Of a DNA stretch of 64,000 nucleotides, positions 7,767 to 15,984 are shown piece after piece. Under the pieces are notes generated by a model. That model did not search any database and was not told the DNA's origin. It saw only the letters and a program-made list of their open reading frames with translations. Numbering within the stretch: position 1 is the first letter of the stretch; each line of letters opens with the position of its first letter. Origin of the DNA: Bacteroidales bacterium (GTDB lineage Bacteria; Bacteroidota; Bacteroidia; Bacteroidales; JAGONC01); contig JAQUQD010000006.1 in assembly GCA_028716265.1 (NCBI GenBank), positions 3,176 to 67,175 on the forward strand, written 5' to 3'. The translations under genes and the position numbers were made by a program.

Positions 7767-8057
7767 AATCCCACCCTGCTGGGACATAAAGCGCTGGGGG
7801 ACAGGCTCAGGACCGTGATCGTGGAGAATGGGATCATGCGTGAAGGCGAAGTGGTGACGGTTGTGGAGAGCTTCAGGGAATTGGGCGTAAAGGTGGAGAT
7901 CATCGAAGCCCGGCAGGAGTTCTTTCATGCCCTCGCGGGAATCACAGATCCTGAAAAGAAGGATGAAGCCATTACCCGTACTTTTTACAAAGATGTCTTC
8001 GACCGCATCGTGAGGGAGAGCGGGGCAAGATACCTGCTCCAGGGTACCATAGTGTGA
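7767..8057 (+). pseudogene. guaA: Internal fragment of GMP synthase (ATP-pyrophosphatase domain)
   Basis: The translation NPTLLGHKALGDRLRTVIVENGIMREGEVVTVVESFRELGVKVEIIEARQEFFHALAGITDPEKKDEAITRTFYKDVFDRIVRESGARYLLQGTIV* aligns to the GuaA segment LLHRAIGxxLTCVFVDNGLLR...DPExKRKIIG...FLAQGTIYPD. Both the GATase domain and the C-terminal dimerisation domain are absent. Confidence 0.8.
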
Positions 8058-8180
8058 CCTATCATCTTGCTTCAAAGCCCCCTTCGACGATCGAAGCAGT
8101 TTGAATTCTACTTTTACGTCCATGTTCGCCTGTTCATTGTTCAGGATTCCACAAAGATTCCATGAAAATGCAGGGAAAGG

Positions 8181-8750
8181 TTATTCGTGCCAGCTTTCAA
8201 TTTCCGGTAGTCCCAGATTCCTCGACCGGATATTGATCAGGTCGATCATCTCGTGGGCCATGTCCTTGTTCACCTGCCAGGCCATGGGTAAGACGTACGT
8301 AATGGTCTGATTGATGTGACGTTCGTATCGTTCCGGGTCATACACAGGCAGGTGAAGGTCGAGCAGGTTGCTGATGCGGTCAGCCGACTTGAGCAGCTTG
8401 GCCCGGTCGCTTCCCTGTTTTAGCAAGCGTTCCAGGAATATTTCCTTTTTCTCGCAGGGAAATCGCGTCACCTCCAGCACCAAGTCAACCACCGCCGGAC
8501 CATCCACGTCGATGACGCGCAGCGCCTGCTGATCGGTACCCGGGACGTCTTCGAGCAGGTCGTGGATGACGGAAGCTTTCAACAGTATCGGATCAACGAT
8601 CTTATAGTCGAGAATGATGGCCATTGTGGCCATGGCATGCCTGAACTGGTTCCCTCCCACTTTGCGTGACACCCCTATCAGCGCCGTGGCCTTTTGTATC
8701 CACGGCGCAAGGATGATCTTCGAAAGGGAAAGCATTTCTTCGTTTTTCAT
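8181..8750 (-). CDS. HD-domain protein, small (p)ppGpp-hydrolase (SpoT/Mesh1)-like
   Basis: 189-aa ORF with the H...HD signature (FRHAMATMAI...ASVIHDLLEDV) and a SpoT-hydrolase-like C-terminal helix region (KSADRISNLLDL). Confidence 0.75.
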   Translation of the reverse strand: MKNEEMLSLSKIILAPWIQKATALIGVSRKVGGNQFRHAMATMAIILDYKIVDPILLKASVIHDLLEDVPGTDQQALRVIDVDGPAVVDLVLEVTRFPCEKKEIFLERLLKQGSDRAKLLKSADRISNLLDLHLPVYDPERYERHINQTITYVLPMAWQVNKDMAHEMIDLINIRSRNLGLPEIESWHE

Positions 8751-8843
8751 AGGAATAAGATTATAACCTTGACAACTGATAACGCGGCAGAGGAGAGTAA
8801 ACTAGGATAACAGAATTATTCGGCGGTGTAGACATCTCATTCG

Positions 8844-8917
8844 TGGAGCATACCGGATTCGAACCGGCGACCTCTACAATGCGAATGTAGCGCTCTAGCC
8901 AGCTGAGCTAATACCCC
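8844..8917 (-). tRNA. tRNA-Ala (anticodon CGC)
   Basis: Hand-folded cloverleaf: GGGGTAT ta GCTC agctggcta GAGC g CTACA ttCGCat TGTAG aggtc GCCGG ttcgaat CCGGT ATGCTCC a. It has the G3:U70 alanine identity pair. No CCA is encoded. Confidence 0.9.
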
Positions 8918-8920
8918 GAG

Positions 8921-8947
8921 GAGGGTGTGGGTGTGGGTGTGAGTGTG
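8921..8947. repeat. (GGGTGT)n microsatellite adjoining the tRNA-Ala 5' side
   Basis: gagggtgtgggtgtgggtgtgagtgtg. Confidence 0.6.
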
Positions 8948-9071
8948 TAAAATTATATAATATTTTAATTAAATGACTATTTTTACCGCTACCAAATACA
9001 TCACAACAAATAACAATAAATAACCCCAAATATCATTCATTACCGACAAATAACCCTTAATCCCATTTATT

Positions 9072-9974
9072 ATGTACGAAAAACGCATTCTGGATCTTTT
9101 CCGTGTCAAAGGCGGTGAGAAGATCAATCTTGACGAAGTCGACACCGAGTATGGATTTATGCCGCGTCTTCAGGATTTCAAAAAATCAACGATAAAGGAG
9201 CACCTGGAGGATCGTCTGGCTCAGAACGTCAAAGACCTGGCAGAGATGCAGGACCTCTTCTATGCCAGTGACACCTACGCATTACTACTGGTTTTTCAGG
9301 GGATGGATGCTGCAGGCAAGGACGGGATCATCAAGCATGTGATGTCGGGGGTCAATCCTCAGGGATGTCAGGTGTACAGCTTCAAGCAGCCTTCGGCCGA
9401 GGAGCTGGACCATGACTTCCTCTGGCGGTGTTCCCTCCGGCTGCCGGAAAGAGGGCGCATCGGGATCTTTAACCGGTCGCATTATGAAGAAGTACTGGTG
9501 GTGAAGGTTCACCCCAAGATCCTGAACAACGAGAAACTACCCAACTTCAAGCTGGATGAAACCTTCTGGCAGAAACGGTATGAGTCGATCCGGGAATACG
9601 AGCATCACCTGTCCAGGAACGGAACGATCATCCTTAAGTTTTACCTGCACGTTTCAAAAAAAGAACAGAAAAAAAGGTTCCTCGACCGGCTAGAAAATCC
9701 GGAAAAATACTGGAAGTTTTCGACGTCTGATGTAGCTGAACGTGCCTATTGGAAAGATTATCAGAAAGCATTTGAAGATACCCTCAGGGAGACATCCACC
9801 GATTATGCGCCGTGGTATATAGTCCCTTCTGACCACAAATGGTTCGCCCGTGCGCTCGTAGCAGATATCATCGTTTCGACCATCGGATCGCTTGACCTGA
9901 AATATCCCGTCATCTCCGATGAGCAGCTGAAGGCGATGAAGGAAGCGAAACGGATGCTGGAGGAGGAGAAGTAG
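9072..9974 (+). CDS. ppk2: Polyphosphate kinase 2 family (polyphosphate:nucleotide phosphotransferase)
   Basis: 300-aa ORF. It has the PPK2 Walker-A-like motif FQGMDAAGKDG and the conserved DFLWR and IFNRSHYEEV blocks. Confidence 0.9.
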   Translation: MYEKRILDLFRVKGGEKINLDEVDTEYGFMPRLQDFKKSTIKEHLEDRLAQNVKDLAEMQDLFYASDTYALLLVFQGMDAAGKDGIIKHVMSGVNPQGCQVYSFKQPSAEELDHDFLWRCSLRLPERGRIGIFNRSHYEEVLVVKVHPKILNNEKLPNFKLDETFWQKRYESIREYEHHLSRNGTIILKFYLHVSKKEQKKRFLDRLENPEKYWKFSTSDVAERAYWKDYQKAFEDTLRETSTDYAPWYIVPSDHKWFARALVADIIVSTIGSLDLKYPVISDEQLKAMKEAKRMLEEEK

Positions 9975-10080
9975 GCAGTTAGCAGTTAGCAGTTAGCAAT
10001 TGGCAGTTGGCAATAACACCAGTCATCCACCAACTGCCAACTGCCTACTATTGACTGCCAACTGCTGACTACCAACTGCC
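9974..10080. repeat. Heptamer tandem-repeat hairpin (GCAGTTA/GCAGTTG units facing CCAACTG units)
   Basis: The left arm is ggcagttagcagttagcagttagcaattggcagttggcaat. The right arm is ccaactgccaactgcctactattgactgccaactgctgactaccaactgcc, an imperfect reverse complement. It fills the whole PPK2-MATE spacer. Confidence 0.7.
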
Positions 10081-10086
10081 ACAATT

Positions 10087-11047
10087 ATGCAAAAGACGGA
10101 TCTGAGGCGTTTTTTCCGGGATCTGTATGAGTCCATATCCGGGACCGAGCAGGATTTTACTGCCGGCAGCCTGGGCCGTGCCATCTTCCTGCTCTCTTTG
10201 CCGATGGTCCTGGAGATGGTCATGGAATCGATCTTTGCCATCGTTGACATCTTCGTTGTGTCGAGGCTTGGGGCTGGGGCGGTTGTGGTTGTCGGCATTA
10301 CGGAATCCCTGATCACCATCGTTTACGCGATCGCCTGAGGGATGAGCATGGCGACGACAGCCCTGGTGTCACGGCGCATCGGCGAAAAGGACAAAGAGGG
10401 AGCGTCGAGGACAGCTTTCCAGGCGATCATCGCCGCAGTAGCTGTTTCGATGGTCATCGGCATACCGGGCTGGCTGTTCAATGAAAAGCTGCTGATGATC
10501 ATGGGGACCTCCACCCAAGATATCCGGCACCTGTCCAGTAACACTTCCCTGATGATCGGCGGGAACGCGGTCATCATGCTGCTTTTCATCATCAACGCAG
10601 TTTTCCGCAGTGCGGGGGATGCGGCGGTCTCCATGCGCGTGCTGCTCGTCGCCAATCTGATCAACATCCTGCTTGATCCCTGCCTCATCTTCGGCTGGGG
10701 CCCGTTTCCGGAAATGGGCATCCGTGGGGTGGCGCTGGCAACCATCATCGGCAGTCGTTCAAAGTGGCTCATGGTGCCTGCGGATCATGAGCTACGGGTA
10801 CCTCTTCTGCGGTGTGGGCATGGTGGTCGTCAACGCGTTCAATGGAGCCGGAGACACTCTCACTCCCACCAAGATCAATTTCTTCTGCTACTGGCTGCTG
10901 GAGATCCCGCTGGCCTGGCTCCTGGCCGTTCCGATGCACATGAACGAGCAGGGTGTGTTCTACTCCATCGTTATCGCCGAATCAGCCATGACCATCGCAG
11001 CAGTATTCATCTTCAGCAAAGGGAGATGGAAACTCAAAAAAGTGTAA
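10087..11047 (+). pseudogene. MATE-family efflux transporter, inactivated (in-frame TGA, frameshift and ~130-codon internal deletion)
   Basis: Three ORF pieces are involved. 10087..10338 ends ...[11 protein letters not shown] and continues in the same frame as [18 protein letters not shown]. Homology then jumps frame near 10760, from ATIIGS to [26 protein letters not shown]. The total span is ~320 codons, against ~450 for MATE proteins. Confidence 0.8.
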
Positions 11048-11089
11048 AAAAGATGCATTTCCAAAAAATAGTGTTATTTTTAACAATCG

Positions 11090-11851
11090 ATGATTGCCAT
11101 GGACGCCCGTTTGATTTTTCAGATCATACAGCTGGTCATTATTCTGATCATCCTGGTCTTTCTGATCAGGTACATCTGGGGAACTTTATTTGACACGGAC
11201 TACCAGCCTGCAGCCTGGAGACATGCAGTGAAAACGGGCACCCTTTCCCGTGACTTAATTAAAGCCGAAAGGCAATTCTCCGACAAAGTCCGTTTCTTCA
11301 CGTTCTGGTTCCAGGTCGAACGAATCAGGAAGGAACGGATCCCGGGTGCATTTGCCGAACTGGGAGTGTACAAGGGGGAAACGGCCAGGATCATTCACCT
11401 GATGGATCCCGGGCGGACACTGCATTTGTTCGATACGTTTGAAGGATTTCCGGAATCTGACCTGGTTGGGGAAACCGGTGAAGCGGCCGGCTATTCAACG
11501 GAACGTTTCTCCGACACAGGGATCAAAAAGGTCACAAAGCGAATCGGTGATACAGATAACGTGGTCTTCCATCCGGGTTATTTCCCAGACACTGCTAAAG
11601 GACTAGAGGAAGAAATTTTCGCCCTTGTTTCTATTGACGCTGACCTCTACAAGCCTATTTCCGAGGGACTGAACTATTTTTATCCCCGCCTCTCACCTGG
11701 TGGGGTCATCGTCGTTCATGATTACAACTACAAATGGGAAGGAGCCATATGGGCCGTGGATGAATTCCTGGAGAAAATTCCCGAAAGCGCCGTTTCACTA
11801 CCAGACATGGAAAGCAGCGTGATGATCGTTAAGATGAAGAATATAGGATGA
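11090..11851 (+). CDS. TylF/MycF-family class I SAM-dependent O-methyltransferase with an N-terminal TM segment
   Basis: 253-aa ORF with [11 protein letters not shown] (SAM-binding glycine-rich loop), VSIDADLY and GGVIVVHDY, as in macrocin-O-methyltransferase-like proteins. Confidence 0.8.
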   Translation: MIAMDARLIFQIIQLVIILIILVFLIRYIWGTLFDTDYQPAAWRHAVKTGTLSRDLIKAERQFSDKVRFFTFWFQVERIRKERIPGAFAELGVYKGETARIIHLMDPGRTLHLFDTFEGFPESDLVGETGEAAGYSTERFSDTGIKKVTKRIGDTDNVVFHPGYFPDTAKGLEEEIFALVSIDADLYKPISEGLNYFYPRLSPGGVIVVHDYNYKWEGAIWAVDEFLEKIPESAVSLPDMESSVMIVKMKNIG

Positions 11852-11958
11852 AGGATGAAATATGTAGAATGAAAAATGAAATATGTAGAGAGAAATCTTT
11901 TATCAACCTGAAGACCTGAAGACTTTAAGACCTGTTGACCTATTGACCAATAACACCA
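11831..11958. repeat. Composite low-complexity spacer: ATGAA-rich units, then degenerate CCTGAAGA octamers
   Basis: atgaaatatgtaga occurs twice (11855 and 11876). It is followed by cctgaaga cctgaaga ctttaaga cctgttga cctattga ccaataac. The spacer shares the 15-mer gaatgaaaaatgaaa with 28950-28964 and the 10-mer caataacacc with 10011-10020. Confidence 0.55.
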
Positions 11959-11964
11959 ACAACC

Positions 11965-13422
11965 ATGAAAAATCCCCTCATCCTCGAAATCAACACCTGG
12001 ACCTGGTTGAGTGAACTTACCCTGAAGTATGACCAGGCCATCACCCTGTTGAATGTTCCTTTCGGTGAATGGGATGAGATCCAGCTCCGGGGTTTTGATC
12101 TCGTCTGGCTGATGGGAGTCTGGAAGCGAAGTCCGGCAGGCTTTCAGATCGCCCTGCAGCATCCCGGGATCATTGACACATGCCAGCAAGCCCTTCCGGG
12201 ATGCACAGCCGCTGATATGACCGGCTCATCGTTCTGCATCCGGGAGTATACGGTGGATGAGATGCTGGGCGGGTCAGAGGGGATCGTAAAGGCGCGTAAT
12301 GAGATGCATTTACGAGGCATGAGGCTGCTTTTGGATTTTGTACCCAACCATGTTGCTCCCGATCATCCGTGGACGATCGAACATCCAGAATATTTCATCC
12401 TGGGGACGGAAGAGGATCTCCGATTGCGGCCCGATGATTTCCTGAGGATCGGTCAGGCGGCCATTGCACGTGCCAGGGATCCGTATTACCCTCCATGGCC
12501 CGACGTGGTCCAGGTGAATGCCTTCTCGCAGAAGCTGCGTGATGCGTATACACTGACCTTGCACCAGATTGCCTCTCTCTGCGATGGGCTGCGCTGTGAC
12601 ATGGCCATGCTGGTGACCAACCGGATCTTTAAACAAACCTGGGGCGAAAGTGCCGGTCAAGTCAATCAGGATGAATTCTGGCCGGGGATCATTTCAGACA
12701 TCAAAAAGAAACATCCTGACTTCATCTTTCTGGCAGAAGTCTACTGGGATATGGAATGGGAGCTTCAACAGCAGGGATTTGATTTCTGTTATGATAAAAG
12801 GCTTTATGACAGGTTGCTCCAGGGCTCCGCGGAAAGCTTACGCCAGCATGCCTCAGCCGATCGCTCCTACCAGGAAAAGCTGGTGCGTTTCATCGAGAAC
12901 CACGATGAACCACGCATCGCCTCATTGCTGGAACCGAAACGGCACAGGGCTGCTGCCGTCATGTTCTCAACGCTGCCCGGAGCACGGTTGCTCCACCACG
13001 GCCAGCTTGAAGGAAGGACCCTGCGGATTCCCGTCTTTTTAACCAGATCGGCCCGTGAGCCTGTTGATCATGAGATGAAAGAATTTTATCATAACCTCCT
13101 TGAACTGACCTCACAAAACCTTTTCCATGAAGGAGAATGGACACTTTGTCAGGTGAACGGCTGGCCTGATAATGATTCCTGCAGGAACCTGCTGGCCTGG
13201 TCATGGTCATCACCGGAGCAAAGAGCACTCATCATCATCAATTATTCCGGCCAATCCGCACAGGGTATGGTTTCATGGCCATGGACGGAGGAGCCGCAGA
13301 CAACATTGCTTCTGGAGGATGCCTGGCATCCTGTCACCTACGAAAGGTCAGGCCGTGAGCTGAATGAACAAGGTCTGTTCATTGACTTGCAACCATGGGA
13401 CTACCATTTTCTGATTATTTGA
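11965..13422 (+). CDS. GH13 alpha-amylase-family glycoside hydrolase
   Basis: 485-aa ORF with the four GH13 regions: DFVPNHVAPDH, GLRCDMAM, FLAEVYW, FIENHDEPR. Confidence 0.85.
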   Translation: MKNPLILEINTWTWLSELTLKYDQAITLLNVPFGEWDEIQLRGFDLVWLMGVWKRSPAGFQIALQHPGIIDTCQQALPGCTAADMTGSSFCIREYTVDEMLGGSEGIVKARNEMHLRGMRLLLDFVPNHVAPDHPWTIEHPEYFILGTEEDLRLRPDDFLRIGQAAIARARDPYYPPWPDVVQVNAFSQKLRDAYTLTLHQIASLCDGLRCDMAMLVTNRIFKQTWGESAGQVNQDEFWPGIISDIKKKHPDFIFLAEVYWDMEWELQQQGFDFCYDKRLYDRLLQGSAESLRQHASADRSYQEKLVRFIENHDEPRIASLLEPKRHRAAAVMFSTLPGARLLHHGQLEGRTLRIPVFLTRSAREPVDHEMKEFYHNLLELTSQNLFHEGEWTLCQVNGWPDNDSCRNLLAWSWSSPEQRALIIINYSGQSAQGMVSWPWTEEPQTTLLLEDAWHPVTYERSGRELNEQGLFIDLQPWDYHFLII

Positions 13423-13425
13423 ATT

Positions 13426-14583
13426 ATGCGGGATAAGATGCAATCATTCACGGACACAGCAACTAATAATACCTTAAGAATGAACCATTTTATAAAGACC
13501 ATCCTCTTCCTTTTGATCGTCAGTTTTTCCATGCCGGCTTCATCACAGCATCTTGCAGCGTATTCGGATATCCAGAACCAGTTCTTTGTGTTCGATGCCG
13601 GAGTGACAAAAAAACTGGAGACGCTTAAAATCCAATCCTACAAGGTCGGGGGCAACCACGTAGCCTATATCGACAATTCCGGGGCGCTGAAAGCTTATTA
13701 CAACGGGGAGGTTTATACCCTCGACAATGCAGGACCGACCATGAAATACTACGCCACCGATTACCTGCTGGGCTACAAGTACCTGGATTTCCTCAAGGTG
13801 TTCGACCGTGGCAAAGTGAAGGTACTGTGCACTGCCACCGAAGGATTTGTGGTCCAGGACAGCCTGATCGCCTGGTACGACCGGATCAGGCAAACGGTTG
13901 ACATTTACTACAAGGGAAACGTTCAGACCCTGGAGGATGGATTGCTTGATTTCCCGATGGAAAGGTTCAGGAGCGGCGACAACACCCTTGCCTATGTCAC
14001 GTCGATGGATCATAAATTTAAAGTGTTCTGGGCAGGGGATACCTGGATCATTGACGACTTTGGGGAGGACATGAGCTTCAAAGCCGGCAAAAATATCGTC
14101 GCTTTCATGGACGTGCCGCGCAGCCTGTTCAAGGTCTTCTACAAAGGTGAGATCATCGAGCTGGAATATTACCGACCGCAATCCTTTGAAACCGGTGACG
14201 ATATGGTCGTCTATGTGGATGAGATGAGTAATCTCAAATCGTTCAACCAGGGCGTCACCACGACGCTGCTTGGCCACCGGCCCGAATATTATGAGGTAAG
14301 GGACCAGGTGGTCATCTTCATCGATCAGGGGTACTTTAAAACACATTGTGACGGGACCATCCAGATCATCGAACGATATGTCCCGATTAAATATGCACTC
14401 GACTGGAATTCAATCGCATACATTGACGATAACAAGAATGTGCAGGTTGTCCAGAACTGTGAAAAACATGTCATTACCTATGAACCTGTCCTGGACATCG
14501 AACTGAACCGGAATCTGGTCGTTTATAAAACAGGACCCACCATGACCCGGATCTATTATTTCGGGCAGGTCTTTGAGAAGTAG
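13426..14583 (+). CDS. Exported/anchored repeat protein of unknown function (~9 reiterations of a ~38-aa unit)
   Basis: 385-aa ORF. The likely start is the internal MNHFIKTILFLLIVSFSMPASSQ (13480). The recurring unit is hydrophobic-A-(Y/F)-(V/I)-D-x4-6-(F/L)-K-(V/A)-(F/Y)-(Y/W)-x-G-x-hydrophobic. Examples are VAYIDNSGALKAYYNGEVYTL, LAYVTSMDHKFKVFWAGDTWII and VAFMDVPRSLFKVFYKGEIIEL. Confidence 0.7.
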   Translation: MRDKMQSFTDTATNNTLRMNHFIKTILFLLIVSFSMPASSQHLAAYSDIQNQFFVFDAGVTKKLETLKIQSYKVGGNHVAYIDNSGALKAYYNGEVYTLDNAGPTMKYYATDYLLGYKYLDFLKVFDRGKVKVLCTATEGFVVQDSLIAWYDRIRQTVDIYYKGNVQTLEDGLLDFPMERFRSGDNTLAYVTSMDHKFKVFWAGDTWIIDDFGEDMSFKAGKNIVAFMDVPRSLFKVFYKGEIIELEYYRPQSFETGDDMVVYVDEMSNLKSFNQGVTTTLLGHRPEYYEVRDQVVIFIDQGYFKTHCDGTIQIIERYVPIKYALDWNSIAYIDDNKNVQVVQNCEKHVITYEPVLDIELNRNLVVYKTGPTMTRIYYFGQVFEK

Positions 14584-14612
14584 GAATCTGTCTTGCTAAC
14601 AGGTTCCGGTTA
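14584..14612 (+). terminator. Possible intrinsic terminator
   Basis: GGAATCTGT-cttgcta-ACAGGTTCC (9 bp with one G-U pair), followed by a T-rich run, right after the stop at 14581-14583. Confidence 0.4.
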
Positions 14613-14725
14613 TTATCTTATCATACAATAAAACCAATTCTTTCCGTTATCTTAGTAACTTTACGGCCTTCCTCTGAAAAGAGGAACAGGACGATCAAAA
14701 ACTAAAAAATCTAATTTACCCGCTT

Positions 14726-15403
14726 ATGAAAAGTCCTTATGCCATGAATGGCCGTTTAAGGCAAATGTTCCATTTTGCCTTCATCCTGTTGTTGTTGGGG
14801 GCTCTTATCACGGGCACCAGCGGATGTTCAAGCAAGAAAAAGGCCGGTAAGACCAAGGAGGTAGCCGCCGTCCATGATAACACCGATCAGTTGCTCAAGG
14901 CCAAAGGGCAGTTGCTGGAGATCATCAACGACGACGGTTCCATACCACTGGAAACGAAGGAAGCTACCCTGAGAGAAATCAAATCCCAGCATTTTGATGA
15001 TACCGAGATCACTGATCTTATAGGCCTTGCCGCCCAAAAGATCAAAGAAGAGAAAGAACGAATGGCGCAGGCCAAACAAATCGTTCAGCAGGATATCACA
15101 GAAACAGAGGTAACCAATACAAAAGATATCCTTTACGGATTTTTCAATGACCTGGTAAGCAATAAAAACTATCAGGATTCAGAAGTTTACATCAACCAGG
15201 CATTGAAGATGTTCGCCAACGAATCCGTACCGGTGCTGATCATCATCTCTCAGGCCGGTGGTATGGTGGATTATGATGAGCCGACCACTATCCGCAAGTA
15301 TCTGGAGTACCTTGACGATACCAAAAACAACAGCAACCTGATCAATTCCATTAAAGTGAACGAGGAGGGTTTGATCACCGAATTAGAATTAATAAAAAAG
15401 TAA
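14726..15403 (+). CDS. Lipoprotein of unknown function (first gene of the LRR operon)
   Basis: 225-aa ORF with a signal peptide and lipobox-like ITGTSGC. It has a charged coiled region and then a ~100-aa domain resembling the N-terminal domains of the 15409 and 16801 products. Confidence 0.7.
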   Translation: MKSPYAMNGRLRQMFHFAFILLLLGALITGTSGCSSKKKAGKTKEVAAVHDNTDQLLKAKGQLLEIINDDGSIPLETKEATLREIKSQHFDDTEITDLIGLAAQKIKEEKERMAQAKQIVQQDITETEVTNTKDILYGFFNDLVSNKNYQDSEVYINQALKMFANESVPVLIIISQAGGMVDYDEPTTIRKYLEYLDDTKNNSNLINSIKVNEEGLITELELIKK

Positions 15404-15408
15404 TCCTT

Positions 15409-15984
15409 ATGAATCGGACATTCATTTTTTCAATTATAGTTTTCATTTCATTTTCCGGAGCCCAGGTCTTTGCCCAGCCGGAGATCAGTCCCGAGCGCAA
15501 AGCGGCCATCGATTCGCTGGCACTGGAAAAGGTCCGTGACCTGAGCAAGTACATCAGCATCATTGGCAACAAAGAAACTCCCTGGTCGGAAGCAAACCGT
15601 GTCATCGAGCGCACTCTGGAGCTTTTCATGCCGGGGAGCCAGATGGGCGTTTCTTCGCTGTTCCTCGACGAGGTAAAGTATTACGGCATCCGGGAATACC
15701 TGGAAAGGCTGATGCAGCTCAATTACGACAAAGTCAGGATCCAATGGTTCAACATCCAGTACATCAGTGACCTGGAACAGCAACCCGACGGACGGTTCGT
15801 TGGCGTGATCACCATTTTCCAGCGGTTTGAGGGCATCACCGGCGATCAGCTCGTCTACAAGGACACCACGAAGAAAGACATTACGGTCTACGTTGAACGA
15901 AAGCAAACACAGATCGGAGGCCGGCTGATCGGCTTCTGGGATGTGTTGCTGGGTGATGTGCGAGTGACCGAAACCTTACCATGA
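15409..15984 (+). CDS. Secreted protein of unknown function
   Basis: 191-aa ORF with a signal peptide (FISFSGAQVFAQ). It starts 5 nt after the previous stop. Confidence 0.7.
   Translation: MNRTFIFSIIVFISFSGAQVFAQPEISPERKAAIDSLALEKVRDLSKYISIIGNKETPWSEANRVIERTLELFMPGSQMGVSSLFLDEVKYYGIREYLERLMQLNYDKVRIQWFNIQYISDLEQQPDGRFVGVITIFQRFEGITGDQLVYKDTTKKDITVYVERKQTQIGGRLIGFWDVLLGDVRVTETLP

Noticed and set aside
10336-10338. In-frame TGA in the MATE gene as a selenocysteine codon
   Set aside because: The gene also has a frameshift and a ~130-codon deletion. The site is in a transmembrane helix of a family not known to contain Sec. It is best explained as a nonsense mutation.
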